Positions 60,767-64,000 of a DNA stretch of 64,000 bases are shown in pieces. The position numbers were made by a program, and so were the translations under genes. Within the stretch, counting starts at the first letter, position 1; each line of letters starts with the position of its first letter. Source of the DNA: Lepidodermella squamata (taxonomy: Eukaryota; Animalia; Gastrotricha); contig JBLDXI010000001.1 of NCBI GenBank assembly GCA_047495785.1, forward strand, positions 4,898,001 to 4,962,000. Reading direction: 5' to 3'. The notes beneath the pieces were generated by a model. That model was not told the DNA's origin. It did no database searches and was given only the letters and a program-made list of their open reading frames with translations.

Positions 60767-61943
60767 AAGCTTGGGCACTCTATTTTTTCATCAGCGGAAT
60801 GTCTTTTTCCATCAGCAAAATGTCATTTTTATCAGCGTACGAAGTGTTTTTCATCAGCCTACTAAAAAGTGTCACTTTTCATCAGCAAAATGTTTTATTT
60901 CATCAGCGGATTGCCAACCTGACGGAACAGCCATCAGATTTGGCTGTAATGGCAGATCAACTACAGGGACAATGACTAAAGGGGTGGTACCAGACATTGG
61001 CAGAGTCAGGGATAGTCAAGGCTGGGGTTCGATTGATTTATAGCGGTTTGCTAATAGTCATGCGATTACAATCGATTGCCTAGTTGCGAAACATGCTCAA
61101 CTTCAGCTGAGTACTCATTTGTGTAAGTTTCTAACGCAAAGAAGTGAAGGCTGTACAGTAAATTATTACCGCGCTAGAAGCCACTAATTATTGCTCGCTT
61201 TTTGTGACATTCACTATACCTGTGCCGATTTATGTTATAATTGAAGAGTGTTAAGGCTCTAAAGTTTGCATTTCGCATTAGTTAATCATTTAATCCTTCA
61301 ATCCGCGGGCGAGGCTAAGATACGTGAGGGCGTCCGCCGCGTGTGACACAGCGCCCAGGTAACTATTTGTTTACCGCCGGAATGATCCACACGGATCAAT
61401 GGGGCACCATAATGTTGCGGAAAAGGGTAGAAGAAGCGCTGATGATAAGTACACTTTCTGCCAAAAAGACCCGGCCACGCTAGTTGTTGATGATTCTAGT
61501 GGATCTAGGCGATATCTATTCAATCGCCTTCATTATAACCGATAGATTAGGTACTACATTTTAAGGAGCATTTTGAGCGCAAGAACGAAGAACCACATGA
61601 TTCTAGCATTAAATTGGCCTAGGTTTATATTATTAGTTATTGCTGATATTAGTTATCGATTGATCGATTATCGATGAATATCCGGGTGGCATCTCTTCTC
61701 CAGGTAACAGTTTCTTTCAATTGAGTTAAATAGAAAGAATTGATCAACAACGGGACAAAAAATTAGGCAGGTAAGCTAGCTGGCGCTGTTGATTCGGGGC
61801 TGCTGATAGAAAATGACATGTCGCTGATGAAAAATGATATTATGCTGACATAAAATGACGAAATTTATCGCTGATGAAAAATGATATTTTTTGGCTGATG
61901 AAAACCAACATTTCGCTGATGGAAAAAGTTTTCCCCAAAGCTT
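60767..61943. mobile_element. Foldback/MITE-like element with inverted repeat arrays
   Basis: Left arm AAGCTTGGG + ~6 TTTCATCAGC; right arm ~5 GCTGATGAAA + CCCCAAAGCTT. Confidence 0.65.
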
Positions 61944-62297
61944 GTCTATAAGGTATGTATCAGTGTTTCCATGAGAAGAACGTCACGATCTCGATTAGTT
62001 CACTGAAAGCGCTACCTCGCGAAAAACCGAGAATTTTTTTATTTTTCTTCATGGAGCAAGTTTTTTGAAAAATAGACGGAAAGCTTGATGATCATTGGCG
62101 CCATAAGAATCCAACAGAAAACCAACTGACCACCAATTTTAGCAATGCGAAGAGCAAGAACACGAATACGCAATAAAATTGCGATGCTAATGAACAACTC
62201 AACGCTATAAAAGCAGGCGATTTACGATTGATATTCAACATTACTCATAACATTTTACAATATCGTACACTATTCGAACACATTCACTCATAAGAAC

Positions 62298-63454
62298 ATG
62301 AAAACCGTCTCAGTCGCCTCCCTGTCCTTTGCTATTCTTCTCATTTGTAAGTTCAATATATCATACAATTCACCAAGTTGGAAAGCTGTGTATCATTGAT
62401 AGATCTGGCCCAGATAGTTGGATCGGATCCGATACCAGAAGGCAATGCTACTAATTTAGGCGGTGCTGGGCCCGTACATGCAGTGCCTGCGCCCGCCGAG
62501 AACGCCGAAACCGCCCCGTCGCAACAAGCAGGCACGCCAGGCGAGCCTGCGGCCGGTGTTGCTGTTGCTCAACCCGATACTGCTCCAGCTGCTCCGAATG
62601 TTCAACCAAGCTCTCCTCTCTCAGAGCAGCCGGTCGATCCATCACCAGCAGTGAAGATTGAGCCCACTTCCAACGTCGAAACGCCCTTGCCGCAGCCACA
62701 GGCTGACATCGCCAGCGGTGTCGATAAGTCCGTGCCAAATGTTGATTTCACTGCAAACGCCGCAATCGCGAAGCCTGAGCCTGCTTCAGCCATCCCGCAA
62801 TCGGCTGCTCCAGCTGCAACTGAAATCGCTGCGGAGAAGGTCGTTCCAGCGGCTCCCTCAGCGCCAATTGCTCTTCCGCCTGCCGAGCCTGTTTCAAGCG
62901 TCTCACAAACAGCTGAAACTGGACCAAACATCGTCCCTGCGTCCGTTGGTAATGAAGTGAGCGGCGCGAATGTCCAGCCAAGCATTGCCGTTCCTTCTCC
63001 GCTTGAGCCGATCTCATCTACATCCGCGAAGTCCGAGCCTGTTTCTAACAATGAAACTCCTTTGCCGCAACCAGCTCCTCAAGTTGACATTGGAATCGAT
63101 GTTGCAAAGGTCGATGTTGAAGCTACTGAAGATGAGCAAGAAGATGAGCCCAGCCGTGCTGATCTCGGACCTATCGAAGCCCAGCCAGCCTGGTTGGAAG
63201 AGCCTAACGATGCTGGTTTGCATTTGAACAACTTGAAGCAGATGGCAGAAGGCGCGCGGCAAGATGCAGTGAACGAAGCCCGAGAGCGCCATAGGTTGGT
63301 CAAAATGCAGATGCATCACGTTCGAGCCATCATCAGGGAAGCCGGCAAGTTGGCACATCTGCTCACTAAGCATAAAAACATGGGCGGGCCTGCTGTGGCA
63401 AGCTTGGATCCGATCATCAAAACAATCGACCGCATTCAAGGCCATGGCCTTTGA
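62298..63454 (+). CDS. Secreted Pro/Ala-rich protein with a C-terminal helical region (intron ~62347-62402)
   Basis: TATAAAA at ~62205; signal peptide MKTVSVASLSFAILLI|YLAQIVGS; internal repeat EPxSNxETPLPQP. Confidence 0.75.
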
Positions 63455-64000
63455 ATGACAATTATACAGACTGATGATACACTTTGATTACAATAATTTG
63501 AAACATTTTTTACGCTATGCTTGTTTATTCTATTGTTGGTACAAATTTTAACACTAAGCTACATTTTCGAAATAAAGCTAATCATGACTTATCAACAAGG
63601 GATTCATTAAACACGTAAAAATTAGCGTGAAAAACAGCTTTGGCCTTTTTAGAAGCTGTGAGCAGGGTCCGAAAACAACGCAAATTAGCCCTGCATACTA
63701 ACCGAATTTGTGACCATAACTGTTGCTGGTTATTCTGAAAAACTGTCAATAATTTTTTAACCGAAAATGTTGTCTTCATTCGGAGCATCGCATCGTTGGC
63801 TATAGCAAATGTGCGATCTTAAAACTCCTCTGAACTAATCGCTGCGATCAAAACTCCTGAATAGCAGTTCGCTCTAATATTTCTAGCAATAATCACTAAT
63901 ATTAGCTAAATTTTCAATGTTTCGTCTGTGAACGGTTTGCAGTCTCCATCGGATCACGTTCAACTTACCTCAATCTTGAAAGCATCATGATCACAATATT

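Overview
Gene-dense eukaryotic (animal, most likely protostome/spiralian, judging by a miR-36 hairpin and a temptin-like gene) genomic window with short AT-rich spliceosomal introns. Recognisable genes: 3' part of an Hv1 proton channel with a COA7-like gene nested antisense in its intron, TRMT11, EFHB, temptin-like, DHX35 (intronic tRNA-Gly-CCC, one GC-AG intron), LYSMD3/4-like, MRPS14, TOP3A, ARMH3, a signal-peptide ankyrin protein and several orphan genes. Highlights: (1) a 5-kb cluster of 30 tRNA genes (29 distinct anticodons, 19 amino acids, no Met); (2) a 2A/StopGo ribosome-skipping motif (LLLICGD|IESNPGP) formed only after splicing a 64-nt intron, in a gene nested antisense in a TOP3A intron; (3) a TA-flanked inverted-repeat element in a LYSMD intron carrying a spliced TDP-43-NTD-like + Crinkler/RHS P-loop gene; (4) a miR-36 precursor behind a TATA/CpG-rich promoter with a second hairpin nearby; (5) a TSD-flanked, RT-less LINE derivative with intact ORF1; (6) unpaired splice acceptors just before start codons, suggesting SL trans-splicing/operons. 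Several MITEs and TE relics are also present. All calls were made by eye, without database searches.
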